Shown piece by piece: positions 1 through 8,336 of a stretch of DNA of 64,000 bases. Every line of letters begins with the position of its first letter. Within the stretch, counting starts at the first letter, position 1. The translations under genes and the position numbers were made by a program. The notes under the pieces are model-generated. The model saw only the letters and a list, made by a program, of their open reading frames with translations, did not search any database and was not told where the DNA came from. Source of the DNA: Stellaceae bacterium (GTDB lineage Bacteria; Pseudomonadota; Alphaproteobacteria; ATCC43930; CGMCC-115725). Location: contig DATNJF010000404.1 of assembly GCA_035604035.1 (NCBI GenBank), positions 10,853 through 74,852 of the forward strand, given 5' to 3'.

Positions 1-366
1 TCGAAGGACACGACGCTCGCCGGCATCGCCGCCACCGCACAGCACGAGGTCGCGTATCATCTGCGTCATTCCGGCGAATGGCTGGTCCGGCTTGGCGACG
101 GCACCGAGGAGAGCCACCGCCGCGCGCAGGACGCCATCGATTATCTGTGGCCGTATACCGGCGAGATGCTCGAGGGTGACAACGCCTCGCTACGCCGCGA
201 ATGGGACGAGACCGTCGCCGGCGTGCTCGACGAGGCGACCTTGAAACGCCCCAAGGATGGCTGGATGCAGACCGGCGGGCGGCTGGGCCGGCACTCCGAA
301 CACCTCGGCCACATCCTCGCCGCGCTGCAATTCCTCCAGCGCGCCTACCCCGGCGCCAGCTGGTAG
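1..366 (+). CDS. paaC: 1,2-phenylacetyl-CoA epoxidase subunit PaaC, C-terminal fragment (5' end outside window)
   Basis: Frame 1 is open from base 1. The C-terminus GRHSEHLGHILAALQFLQRAYPGASW is typical of PaaC. Stop TAG 364-366 abuts the paaE ATG at 367. Confidence 0.8.
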   Translation, partial: SKDTTLAGIAATAQHEVAYHLRHSGEWLVRLGDGTEESHRRAQDAIDYLWPYTGEMLEGDNASLRREWDETVAGVLDEATLKRPKDGWMQTGGRLGRHSEHLGHILAALQFLQRAYPGASW

Positions 367-1437
367 ATGCCGGCGCCACGCTTCCACAAGTTGACCATCA
401 GCGATGTCCGCCGCGAGACCGACGACGCGGTGTCGCTCGCCTTCGCCGTGCCGGCCCGTCTGAGGCAGGCGTACGGGTTCCTGCCCGGCCAGTACCTGAC
501 CTTGCGCGCGACCATCGGCGGCGAGGACCTCCGCCGCTCCTATTCGATCTGCGCGGGCCTCGATGACGGCGAATTGCGGGTTGCGGTAAAGCGAGTCGCC
601 GGCGGCGCGTTTTCGAACTTCGTCCACGACCGGCTCAAACCTGGCGACGAAATCGAGGTGATGACCCCGGCCGGGCAGTTCACGCTGCCGCCCTCCGACC
701 GACCGCGCGTCATCGTCGCGGTCGCTTGCGGCTCGGACATCACCCCGGTCATGTCGCACCTCACGACCGTGCTGGCGCGCGCGCCGGAAAGCCAACTCGT
801 GCTCCTTTATGGCAACCGCACCGGCCGCGACATCATCTTCGCCGAGGCGTTGGCCGGGTTGAAGGACCGCTATCTCGGCCGCTTCTCGCTCACCCATGTG
901 CTGAGCCGCGAGATGCAGGACCTGCCGGTGCTGCATGGGCGGCTCGACCGCGCCCGGATCGAGCTGCTGCTGCACGGCGTGCCGGCGGTCGACCATGCCC
1001 TCATCTGCGGCCCGGCCGGGATGATGGACGAGGCCGCGATGGCGTTTGCGGCGATGGGCCTGCCGCCCGAGCGTATCCACCGCGAATACTTTACCCCCGG
1101 CGAGGGCGGCCGTGTCGCCCAGGCGTCGCCGCGACCGGCCACGCCGCAAGCCGAGCCCGCCGCGATCGCCGAGGTGATCATCGACGGGCGTCATCACGAA
1201 GTGCCGCTGCCCGAGGGCATGTCGGTCATCGACGCGGCGCTCGCGCAGGGCATCGAGCTGCCGTTTTCATGTAAGGGCGGGATGTGCTGCTCGTGCCGCG
1301 CCAAGCTCGTTTCCGGCAAGGCTAAGATGGCGGTCAACTATTCGTTGCAGCCGTGGGAGATCGCGGCCGGGTTCATCCTCACCTGCCAGCTTCGGCCGCT
1401 CACCCCTCGCCTGGTGCTCGATTACGACGCGGTTTAG
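367..1437 (+). CDS. paaE: phenylacetate-CoA oxygenase reductase subunit PaaE (FNR-like FAD/NAD domain plus C-terminal 2Fe-2S ferredoxin)
   Basis: 356 aa. RRSYSIC flavin-binding motif and a C-terminal CKGGMCCSCRAKLVSG plant-type ferredoxin cysteine cluster. Immediately follows paaC. Confidence 0.85.
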   Translation: MPAPRFHKLTISDVRRETDDAVSLAFAVPARLRQAYGFLPGQYLTLRATIGGEDLRRSYSICAGLDDGELRVAVKRVAGGAFSNFVHDRLKPGDEIEVMTPAGQFTLPPSDRPRVIVAVACGSDITPVMSHLTTVLARAPESQLVLLYGNRTGRDIIFAEALAGLKDRYLGRFSLTHVLSREMQDLPVLHGRLDRARIELLLHGVPAVDHALICGPAGMMDEAAMAFAAMGLPPERIHREYFTPGEGGRVAQASPRPATPQAEPAAIAEVIIDGRHHEVPLPEGMSVIDAALAQGIELPFSCKGGMCCSCRAKLVSGKAKMAVNYSLQPWEIAAGFILTCQLRPLTPRLVLDYDAV

Positions 1438-2213
1438 CGCCGCCCGGTGAAATTCGCCGCACGCTTCTCGATAAAGGCGCGCACGCCCTCGGCGTAGTCC
1501 GGAGTGTGGCCGGCCTCATCCTGGAGATCGCGTTCGAGGTCGAGCTGCGTGCCCAGATCGTTGGTCTCCGCCGCGTCGAAGGCGCGCTTGGTCAGCGCGA
1601 TGCCGATGGTCGCCTGCTTGGCGAGCCGGGCGGCGAGGCTGTGCGCCGTCTCCATGAGCTTGTCGTCGTCAACCGCCTGCCAGATGAGGCCCCATTCGGC
1701 GGCGCGCTCGGCCGGCAACGGCTCGGCGAGGATCGCCAGTGCACGCGCCCGCGCCGCGCCGACCAGCCTCGGCAGGAACCAGGTGCCACCGCAATCGGGG
1801 ATCAGGCCGATCCGGGAGAAGGCCTGGATGAAGCTCGCCGACCTCGCCGCCAGCACGATGTCGCAGGCGAGCGCCAGGTTCGCCCCGGCTCCCGCTGCTA
1901 CGCCGTTTACCGCGCAGACCACCGGCATTTCGAGGCCGCGCAACGTCCGCACCAACGCGTTGTAGCGCTCCAGCACCGCCTTCAAATCGGGCGGGCCGCC
2001 GTCCTTGACCGCGACGTCGGCCAGATCCTGCCCGGCGCAAAACCCGCGCCCGGCGCCGGTCAGGAGGATCGCGCGGCACTCGCGATCGGCTTCGGCCTCG
2101 GCCAGCGCCGCCATCAGCGCGTGAAACATCTCGGTGTTGAGTGCGTTGAGCCGGTCCGGCCGGTTGAGGCTGATCTGGTGATAGCCCGGATGCTTTTCTA
2201 CGAGGACAGTCAT
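1434..2213 (-). CDS. paaG: enoyl-CoA hydratase/isomerase family protein, PaaG-like
   Basis: 259 aa crotonase fold (LNRPDRLNALN, LTGAGRGFCAGQDL). Adjacent to paaCE, with a 4-nt convergent overlap with paaE. Confidence 0.75.
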   Translation of the reverse strand: MTVLVEKHPGYHQISLNRPDRLNALNTEMFHALMAALAEAEADRECRAILLTGAGRGFCAGQDLADVAVKDGGPPDLKAVLERYNALVRTLRGLEMPVVCAVNGVAAGAGANLALACDIVLAARSASFIQAFSRIGLIPDCGGTWFLPRLVGAARARALAILAEPLPAERAAEWGLIWQAVDDDKLMETAHSLAARLAKQATIGIALTKRAFDAAETNDLGTQLDLERDLQDEAGHTPDYAEGVRAFIEKRAANFTGRR

Positions 2214-2240
2214 GTCATAGATTCCCCAAAACTGTTTTTC

Positions 2241-2266
2241 ACGCTTCCCGGCGAAAGCCGGGACCC
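2241..2266. repeat. left 26-bp inverted repeat flanking the GIY-YIG gene (REP-like hairpin)
   Basis: acgcttcccggcgaaagccgggaccc. Its reverse complement matches 2596-2621 with one mismatch. It contains an internal hairpin cccggc-gaaa-gccggg. Confidence 0.8.
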
Positions 2267-2282
2267 ACCTCGGAAATTCGTG

Positions 2283-2567
2283 ATGGCCTTTGTCTACCTG
2301 CTCTCAAGCAAACCACGCGGGACGCTATATGTGGGCAGTACCTCCGACCTCGTGCGCCGTGTATGGGAGCACAAGATCAAGGCTATTCCGGGTTTTACAG
2401 CAAAATACGGCGTCCACCGGCTTGTCTGGTTTGAAATCCACGAGTCGCTGGCGGCCGCCGCGCAACGGGAACGACGCATCAAGGAATGGAAACGGGTCTG
2501 GAAGATTGAATTGATCGAGACGGACAATCCCCATTGGATCGATCTCTACCCCAGTCTGTCACCATAA
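2283..2567 (+). CDS. GIY-YIG nuclease family protein (small, stand-alone)
   Basis: 94 aa, MAFVYLLSSKPRGTLYVGSTSDLVRRVWEHK...RERRIKEWKR, carrying the GIY/YVG and conserved R/E motifs. ATG at 2283 lies inside a longer spurious ORF. Confidence 0.85.
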   Translation: MAFVYLLSSKPRGTLYVGSTSDLVRRVWEHKIKAIPGFTAKYGVHRLVWFEIHESLAAAAQRERRIKEWKRVWKIELIETDNPHWIDLYPSLSP

Positions 2568-2595
2568 TCGGGACCCGCTTGAGACGTTGATGAGT

Positions 2596-2621
2596 GGGTC
2601 CCGGCTTGCGCCGGGAAGCGT
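2596..2621. repeat. right 26-bp inverted repeat flanking the GIY-YIG gene
   Basis: gggtcccggcttgcgccgggaagcgt, the inverted copy of 2241-2266. An extra stem gggaccc(2570-2576)/gggtccc(2596-2602) is also present. Confidence 0.8.
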
Positions 2622-2643
2622 AATTTTGTGAAGCGCCTAACGC

Positions 2644-3714
2644 TCACCCCAACAGCTTCGCAACGCCCAGCTCGCCGGCCATCTTGTCGAGCGCGGCCCT
2701 CAGCGAACCGGGGATCGGGATGCCGCTCTTCGTGCGCTCGGCGATGCGGGCGGCGCGGTCCTCGCCCGGCAGGCGAATGCGATCGAAACCGGGCAGCAAG
2801 GCCGAGCCGTGCAGCTGGCGGATGACGTTATCGACCTGGCGCTTGAACTGGGTGGGCTCGGCAAAGCGCTTGATGTCGAGGACGCAGATCGCCTGGCCGG
2901 TGTTGGTCGGCGTCGTGTCGTCCTTGTTGAAATCGACCACGTCCTCGCCGTTCGCCGCACCGTTCAGCGTGCCGGCCAAGAGCCCGAACATTAGCGACAT
3001 CGCCGCGCCCTTGTAGCCGCCGATCGGCAGCAGGAACCCATCGTCGGCGCGGTTGGGGTCGGTGAGCGGCTGGCCCTTTCGGTCGACCATCCAGCCCTCG
3101 GGCATGGTCTTGCCCTGCTGCGCGGCGACCTTGACCTTGCCGTAGGCGGCGACCGTCGTCGCCATGTCGAGGATGAGCGGCGGCTCCTCCAGCGCCGGCA
3201 CCGCGATCGCCAGCGGGTTGGTCGAGAGCAACATGTCCACGCCGCCCCAGGGCGGCAAATGGTTGGCGTTGCCGACCGCGAAATAGATGCCGATCATGTC
3301 GTGCGGCACCGGCATCGCGGCATAGACCACGGCGGCGCCGGCATGGTTGCCGTGCCGCGTCCCGGCCCAGCCGACCCCCTGCGTGCCGGCGATCTCGATC
3401 GCGGTCTCGACCGCGCGCGACACGACGAGCGCGCCAAGTCCGTTGTCGCCGTCGACCAGCGCCGTCCCCGGAGCGGTGCGGTGGACGACGATGTTTGGCC
3501 GGGTGTTGATCCCGCCGGTCTGGATGCGGCGGACGTATTGCGGCAGGCGGAAGACGCCATGCCCATCGGCGCCGGAGATGTCCGATTGCGCCATCAGCTC
3601 GGCCGCCTTTTGCGCTTCCTCGGCTGCGATCCCGGCGGCGCGATAGGCCGAGGCGATGAAGTCGATCAACGCCGCGTGGGAAACGCGCGGCAAAACGGTG
3701 GCGTCATCGGGCAT
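2644..3714 (-). CDS. Ldh_2 family (malate/L-lactate/ureidoglycolate dehydrogenase type 2) oxidoreductase
   Basis: 356 aa. The N-terminal GADGHGVFRLPQYVRRIQTGGIN and HGNHAGA motifs are typical of the Ldh_2 family. Confidence 0.8.
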   Translation of the reverse strand: MPDDATVLPRVSHAALIDFIASAYRAAGIAAEEAQKAAELMAQSDISGADGHGVFRLPQYVRRIQTGGINTRPNIVVHRTAPGTALVDGDNGLGALVVSRAVETAIEIAGTQGVGWAGTRHGNHAGAAVVYAAMPVPHDMIGIYFAVGNANHLPPWGGVDMLLSTNPLAIAVPALEEPPLILDMATTVAAYGKVKVAAQQGKTMPEGWMVDRKGQPLTDPNRADDGFLLPIGGYKGAAMSLMFGLLAGTLNGAANGEDVVDFNKDDTTPTNTGQAICVLDIKRFAEPTQFKRQVDNVIRQLHGSALLPGFDRIRLPGEDRAARIAERTKSGIPIPGSLRAALDKMAGELGVAKLLG

Positions 3715-3724
3715 GGTTTTCTCC

Positions 3725-4801
3725 TTAATCGAACGCCGCTTTCACCCGCGCCCAGTCGTCGAGCGCGGCTTCCTGGCCGGGGACGATTGGGATCACGATC
3801 TGGCTCCAGCCGGCGCTGCGCAACGCCTCGACCCGCTGGGTCAGCTCCTGCTCGGTGGCGGTGAAGGTGGTGCGGCGGATCAGCTCGGCGCTGACGAACT
3901 TGCGTTCCTCGGGCTTCACGAAGACGAAATGTCCGCGGTGGTTGGTGAGATAGCGCGCGTCGGCCGGTTCGAAATGCCGCGCCATCTCGACATAGCCGCG
4001 CACCTCGTCGGTGATGCCCTCGGGCGCCTCGACCGCCATCGTGTTTTGCCAGCCCTGCTGGTCGAGGTCGGCGTGGCGGTGTAGCAGCACCGCGGCGCGT
4101 GGCCCCGATTGCGCGATGGCGCGCGGGCTGTCGAGCGGCTCTCCCGGTTGGAGCACGCAGCCGCACACCCAGGCAGTGGCGTAGAGGTCGTTCGCCGGGC
4201 GGCCGGCCTCGGCCCAGCTCTGCTTCATCCCGTCGATCGCGGCGAGCCCGCCCGGCACGTCCTGGATAAAGCATTTCCATTTGGCGTCGAGTTTGGCGGT
4301 CAGTTTCTGTGAGCGCGGGCCATAGGCCGAGACGTGCAACGGGATCGGGTCCTTGGTGTTGAAGAGCCCGGCATCGGGGTTGAGGAACTTGATCTTGCGC
4401 TGTTTGCCCTCGATCTCGGTCTCGACGATCTCGCCGGCGAGCAGGCCGTAGACCACGCGGATGTATTCCTCCATCTCGGCGAGTTTCATCGCGCCGAGGC
4501 CCATCGCGCGCCGGGCCGAAAATCCGGTGCCGATGCCGAAATCGATCCGGCCGGGCGCGAGGCCGTTCAACGTCGCGAAGGCGTTGGCCGTCACTGCGGC
4601 GAGTCGGTTGGAGGGCACCAGCACGCCGGTGCCGAGGCGGATCTCCATTGTCTTCACCGCGGCCGCGCCCATCGCGACAAACGGGTCGGCGGTGATCATC
4701 TGCGTGTCGTAGAACCAGGCGTGGGTAAAGCCGAGCTCCTCGGCCTTGAGCGCTGTTTTCCACGCATCGCTCGAGGTGGCGATGCCGATGCCGAAATCCA
4801 T
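3725..4801 (-). CDS. LLM-class (luciferase-like) flavin-dependent oxidoreductase
   Basis: MDFGIGIATSS...LGFTHAWFYDTQ...GRIDFGIGTGFS. The internal ATG at 4801 is preceded by GGAGGA, so the longer ORF start at 4867 was rejected. Confidence 0.8.
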   Translation of the reverse strand: MDFGIGIATSSDAWKTALKAEELGFTHAWFYDTQMITADPFVAMGAAAVKTMEIRLGTGVLVPSNRLAAVTANAFATLNGLAPGRIDFGIGTGFSARRAMGLGAMKLAEMEEYIRVVYGLLAGEIVETEIEGKQRKIKFLNPDAGLFNTKDPIPLHVSAYGPRSQKLTAKLDAKWKCFIQDVPGGLAAIDGMKQSWAEAGRPANDLYATAWVCGCVLQPGEPLDSPRAIAQSGPRAAVLLHRHADLDQQGWQNTMAVEAPEGITDEVRGYVEMARHFEPADARYLTNHRGHFVFVKPEERKFVSAELIRRTTFTATEQELTQRVEALRSAGWSQIVIPIVPGQEAALDDWARVKAAFD

Positions 4802-4847
4802 GAGCGTCCTCCCCGTGCCGGTTCGGACAGCATACAATGCGACCGGT

Positions 4848-5978
4848 ATGACCGTCGCCGACAACATCCTCGTCTACCGCGACCGCATCGTGCCGCGCTC
4901 GGAGGTGCATTTCCTGCGGCGGCTTTACCTGGCGTTCGACCGGCTGCGGCCGGTGTGGATCGGTCGGCATAAAGGCGACGGGCTGGCCGAGTTGGGCTAC
5001 GAGCCGCTATTTCTCGGCCGCGGCGGCCCGCTCGGCGCGGTCGACCGCGCCTTGTTCAAGCATTTCGGCACGCTGCCACCGGTGCCGGATTTGCGCGCGC
5101 TGAAGCCGCGCCTCGTGCACGCGCATTTCGGCCGCGGCGGGGCGCTGGCCCTGCCGATCGCGCGGGCGCTGAAATTGCCGCTGGTCGTACACTTTCACGG
5201 CGGCGACGCCACCAAGGAAAAGCACTACCGCAAACGGCTGCTGCCGACGATCTACCAGCAGCGCCTCAAGGCGCTCAAGGATGAGGCGGCGCTCTTCATC
5301 TGCGTCTCCGACTTCATCCGCCAGCAGCTGCTCGCGCGCGGTTTCCCGCCCGAAAAGCTCGTCGTCCACCGCTATGGGGTCGAGATCGACACGAGCCTGC
5401 CGGCCGATCCGCCCGAGCCGAGCGGCGAGGTGCTGTTCGCCGGACGTTTTGTCGAGAAGAAAGGGATCGGCTACCTACTCGAGGCGATGCGCCGGCTCGA
5501 GGACGAGCCGGGCGAATTGGAGCTGGTGCTGGTCGGCGACGGGCCGATTGCCGACGAGCTAAAGCGCCAGGCGGCGCCCTTGAAACGGGTATCGTTCGCC
5601 GGCTGGCTGCCGAATGCCGAGCTGCGCCGCCGGATGCACGGCGCTCTCGCGGTCTGCGTGCCCAGCGTTCACGCCGAGGACGGCGACGCCGAGGGTCTCC
5701 CCAATGTCGTGATCGAGGCGATGGCGGCCGGTGCGCCGGTGATCGGATCGCGTCATGCCGGCATCGGCGAGGCGGTGGCGCACGAGCGGACCGGGCTCCT
5801 CGTGCCGCCGGGCGACGCGGAAGCGCTCGCCGCGGCGCTGCGCCGGTTGCGCGACGAGCCCAAGTTGCGCGGCTCGCTCGGCGCCGGCGCACGCCAGGTC
5901 GCAATCGCCGAGTTTGACGCGCGCGTGCAATCGCAGCGGCTCCAGCAAAAATTGCTGGAGATCATCGAAAAAACCTAG
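4848..5978 (+). CDS. glycosyltransferase family 4 (GT-B, group 1)
   Basis: C-terminal EGLPNVVIEAMAAGAPVIGSRHAGIGEAV...TGLLVPPGD, the E-x7-E GT4 signature. Start chosen at MTVADNILVY. Confidence 0.8.
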   Translation: MTVADNILVYRDRIVPRSEVHFLRRLYLAFDRLRPVWIGRHKGDGLAELGYEPLFLGRGGPLGAVDRALFKHFGTLPPVPDLRALKPRLVHAHFGRGGALALPIARALKLPLVVHFHGGDATKEKHYRKRLLPTIYQQRLKALKDEAALFICVSDFIRQQLLARGFPPEKLVVHRYGVEIDTSLPADPPEPSGEVLFAGRFVEKKGIGYLLEAMRRLEDEPGELELVLVGDGPIADELKRQAAPLKRVSFAGWLPNAELRRRMHGALAVCVPSVHAEDGDAEGLPNVVIEAMAAGAPVIGSRHAGIGEAVAHERTGLLVPPGDAEALAAALRRLRDEPKLRGSLGAGARQVAIAEFDARVQSQRLQQKLLEIIEKT

Positions 5979-7214
5979 GTGTCCACCCCTCCGCTAGCCA
6001 TCGAGCAAGCGCCGGCGCGCTGGCCGGAATACGGCCTCGACGCCTGTGTCTTTTTGCTGTTGCCGGTGCTGGTGCTGACGCCGCGTGGAGCGGCGCCGCT
6101 GGCGGCGATCGCTGGCTTGCTTGGCTTGGCCCTGGCGCTGCCCGCCGGGCTCACGATCTGGCGCAAGCTGGTGGTGCCGGCGGTGCTGCTGGGCGCGCTG
6201 ATCGCCTGGGGACTGGTCTCCAGCCTGTGGGCGGTCGACCCGGAGCGCACTCTCGAGATGGCGGTGCGGCTTGCCGCGCTGTTCGCCGCGGCGCTGGGAT
6301 TGGCTGCCGCGGCCGAAGCGCTCGCCGCTCCGCGGCGCTTGCTCTGCTGGCTCGCCGCCGGGCTAGCGGTAGCCATCGTGCTCGCCGCCGTGCAGTTCTT
6401 CACCCAGGGCTGGCTGACCAACGGCTTCAGCAAACGGGTCTTCATCGCGCCGGCGCTGAACCAGGTCGAGAATGCGCTCGCTCTGTTGCTGCTGCCGCTG
6501 ACCGCGCTGCTGATCGAGCGGCGGCGGCCCTGGCTGGCCGCGCTTGTCGCCGTGGCGATGGCGCTGACGCTGTTCGATCTCGTCGGCACATCCGCCAAGG
6601 CCGGCATCGCGGCGGGAGTCGCGGTGGCGGCGCTGCTCTATCTCGCGCGCCGGCTGATCGCCCGCTTGGCGGCGATCGTCTCGGTTGTCGCGATCCTCAC
6701 CGCGCCGCTGACCTTCCCGGCGCTGACCGAGGTGCCCGCGGTCCACGATTGGGCCGCGGGCTATTGGAAATTCTCCGCGCGGCACCGGCTGGAGATCTGG
6801 TGGTTCACCGGCAACCGTATCGCTGAGCGGCCGATGCTCGGCTGGGGCCTCGACTCCTCGCGCGCGATCCCGGGCGGCAGCGACCCGACCCCAGAAGGTC
6901 CGCCCTGGCTGCCGCTCCACCCGCATAACGGCGCGCTGCAAATCTGGCTCGAGCTCGGGCTGCCTGGTGCGCTGTTGTTCGCGGGATTTATCGCCCGGCT
7001 GTGGTTGAGCTTGGCGAGAGCGCCGTGGCCCCGTCTCTTTGCCGCCGCCGCCGGCGGCAGCCTCTGCGCGTCGCAGACGATCGGGCTCGCCGCCTACGGC
7101 CTATGGGAGGAATGGTGGATCGGGACGCAGTTTCTGATGCTGTTCCTGATCCTCGTCATGGGTCGCCTGGTGACTCAGCCCATTCCCGAGACGCCGCGCG
7201 GCTCGATCTCGTAG
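5979..7214 (+). CDS. O-antigen ligase/polymerase (Wzy_C) family membrane protein
   Basis: 411 aa polytopic membrane protein with the motif PHNGALQIWLELGLPGALLF. GTG start directly after the GT4 stop. Confidence 0.75.
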   Translation: MSTPPLAIEQAPARWPEYGLDACVFLLLPVLVLTPRGAAPLAAIAGLLGLALALPAGLTIWRKLVVPAVLLGALIAWGLVSSLWAVDPERTLEMAVRLAALFAAALGLAAAAEALAAPRRLLCWLAAGLAVAIVLAAVQFFTQGWLTNGFSKRVFIAPALNQVENALALLLLPLTALLIERRRPWLAALVAVAMALTLFDLVGTSAKAGIAAGVAVAALLYLARRLIARLAAIVSVVAILTAPLTFPALTEVPAVHDWAAGYWKFSARHRLEIWWFTGNRIAERPMLGWGLDSSRAIPGGSDPTPEGPPWLPLHPHNGALQIWLELGLPGALLFAGFIARLWLSLARAPWPRLFAAAAGGSLCASQTIGLAAYGLWEEWWIGTQFLMLFLILVMGRLVTQPIPETPRGSIS

Positions 7215-7573
7215 ATCACCCGCACATCGCCCGGCTGGGCGTAAGGGTATTTGTCCACGCCGAGGTATTTTTTGGCGAGCGAGTCGATGTGGGCGGCACC
7301 GCCCGCCTCGGTGACTTTGCGGACCCGGCCGCGCACCTGCAGATAGCGATAGGGATTGTCGGGGTCGAGGATCGATAGCGCCACCGCGGCGCCTTCCTTC
7401 ATGTTGCGGTCCTTCACGCGGCCCCGCGCCGAATTGACCCGGATCGCGCCGCCGACATAGTCGAACCACACCGGCGTCACCTGCGGCGACCCGTCCGGCA
7501 TCAGCGTCGCGAGATGGGCGAAAGCCTTCTTATCATTCAAGAGGTCGAGATACTGGTCGAGCTTGGCGGGCAT
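7175..7573 (-). CDS. PPOX-class (pyridoxamine 5'-phosphate oxidase-like) probable F420/FMN-dependent protein
   Basis: 132 aa. AHLATLMPDGSPQVTPVWFDY...YLQVRGRV is typical of the split-barrel PPOX class. 40-nt convergent overlap with the ligase gene. Confidence 0.75.
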   Translation of the reverse strand: MPAKLDQYLDLLNDKKAFAHLATLMPDGSPQVTPVWFDYVGGAIRVNSARGRVKDRNMKEGAAVALSILDPDNPYRYLQVRGRVRKVTEAGGAAHIDSLAKKYLGVDKYPYAQPGDVRVIYEIEPRGVSGMG

Positions 7574-7664
7574 CGGGGCTCCTTTGGTCGCGAATATGTT
7601 TAACGTGGCGATGCGAGGCGCTGCCGGAAAGCCCGTTGTAAGAGCTGCTCTGACAGATTACCTC

Positions 7665-7682
7665 TTGGTCAAGTTGGTCAAG
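7665..7682. promoter_or_regulatory. tandem 9-bp direct repeat (ttggtcaag x2) just upstream of the phd/vapC operon; candidate antitoxin operator
   Basis: ttggtcaagttggtcaag ends 16 nt before the antitoxin ATG at 7699. Confidence 0.4.
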
Positions 7683-7698
7683 CAGTGCCGAGGCCACC

Positions 7699-7962
7699 AT
7701 GAGCGACACGATCAATCTCTATGACGCCAAAACGAATTTGTCGAAACTGGTCGATCGCGCCGCCGCCGGGGAGGAGATCGTCATCGCCAAATCCGGCAAG
7801 CCGAAGGCCAAGCTGGTGCCCTATGAAGCTCCGCGCAAGAAACGCGTGTTCGGGCAGAACTTGCTCGGCATCACGTATATGGCGGACGATTGGGATGGCC
7901 CGCTGCCATCGGAAATCCAGCGCTACTTCGAGGGCGAAAGCGATCCTGAGGATCTCGTGTGA
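7699..7962 (+). CDS. type II antitoxin, Phd/YefM family
   Basis: 87 aa, MSDTINLYDAKTNLSKLVDRAAAGEEIVIAKSGKP. 4-nt overlap with the downstream PIN toxin. Confidence 0.85.
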   Translation: MSDTINLYDAKTNLSKLVDRAAAGEEIVIAKSGKPKAKLVPYEAPRKKRVFGQNLLGITYMADDWDGPLPSEIQRYFEGESDPEDLV

Positions 7963-8336
7963 GGCTGCTGGTCGACACACACATCTTCATTTGGTGCGAT
8001 CGACGGCCAAACGTGGTCCCTGCGGCCCTGATGAGAGCCTTGCGTGACCTAGGAAATGAAGTTTTCGTCAGCGCCGCTTCGGTCTGGGAAATCGCGATCA
8101 AACGAGCGACCGGTAAACTGGAGTTTACTGCATCCATCAACGAAACCGTCGAGCGCCTAGGTTTTGAGCTGCTGCCGATTGCAGCGACGCATGCGGAGCA
8201 TGCCGGCGGCTTGCCGCGACATCATAACGATCCGTTCGATCGGCTGATCATCGCGCAGGCGGTTCTTGAGGGGTTGATCCTCGGTACTCGCGACCCCGCT
8301 ATGCGATCCTACGGTGTCGCAACATTGGGGCTCTAG
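7959..8336 (+). CDS. vapC: type II toxin VapC (PIN-domain ribonuclease)
   Basis: 125 aa. LLVDTHIFIW...SAASVWEIAIK...HNDPFDRLIIAQA carries the PIN acidic residues. Confidence 0.85.
   Translation: MRLLVDTHIFIWCDRRPNVVPAALMRALRDLGNEVFVSAASVWEIAIKRATGKLEFTASINETVERLGFELLPIAATHAEHAGGLPRHHNDPFDRLIIAQAVLEGLILGTRDPAMRSYGVATLGL

Noticed and set aside
190-1197. 335-aa minus-strand ORF antisense to paaC/paaE. Similar long antisense ORFs include 3666-4970, 14627-16108, 19621-21207, 22603-23997, 40946-42307, 44749-46059 and 59124-60134.
   Set aside because: They have Arg/Ala/Gly/Pro-rich low-complexity translations typical of out-of-frame reading of high-GC genes. Each fully overlaps a gene with clear family motifs on the other strand.
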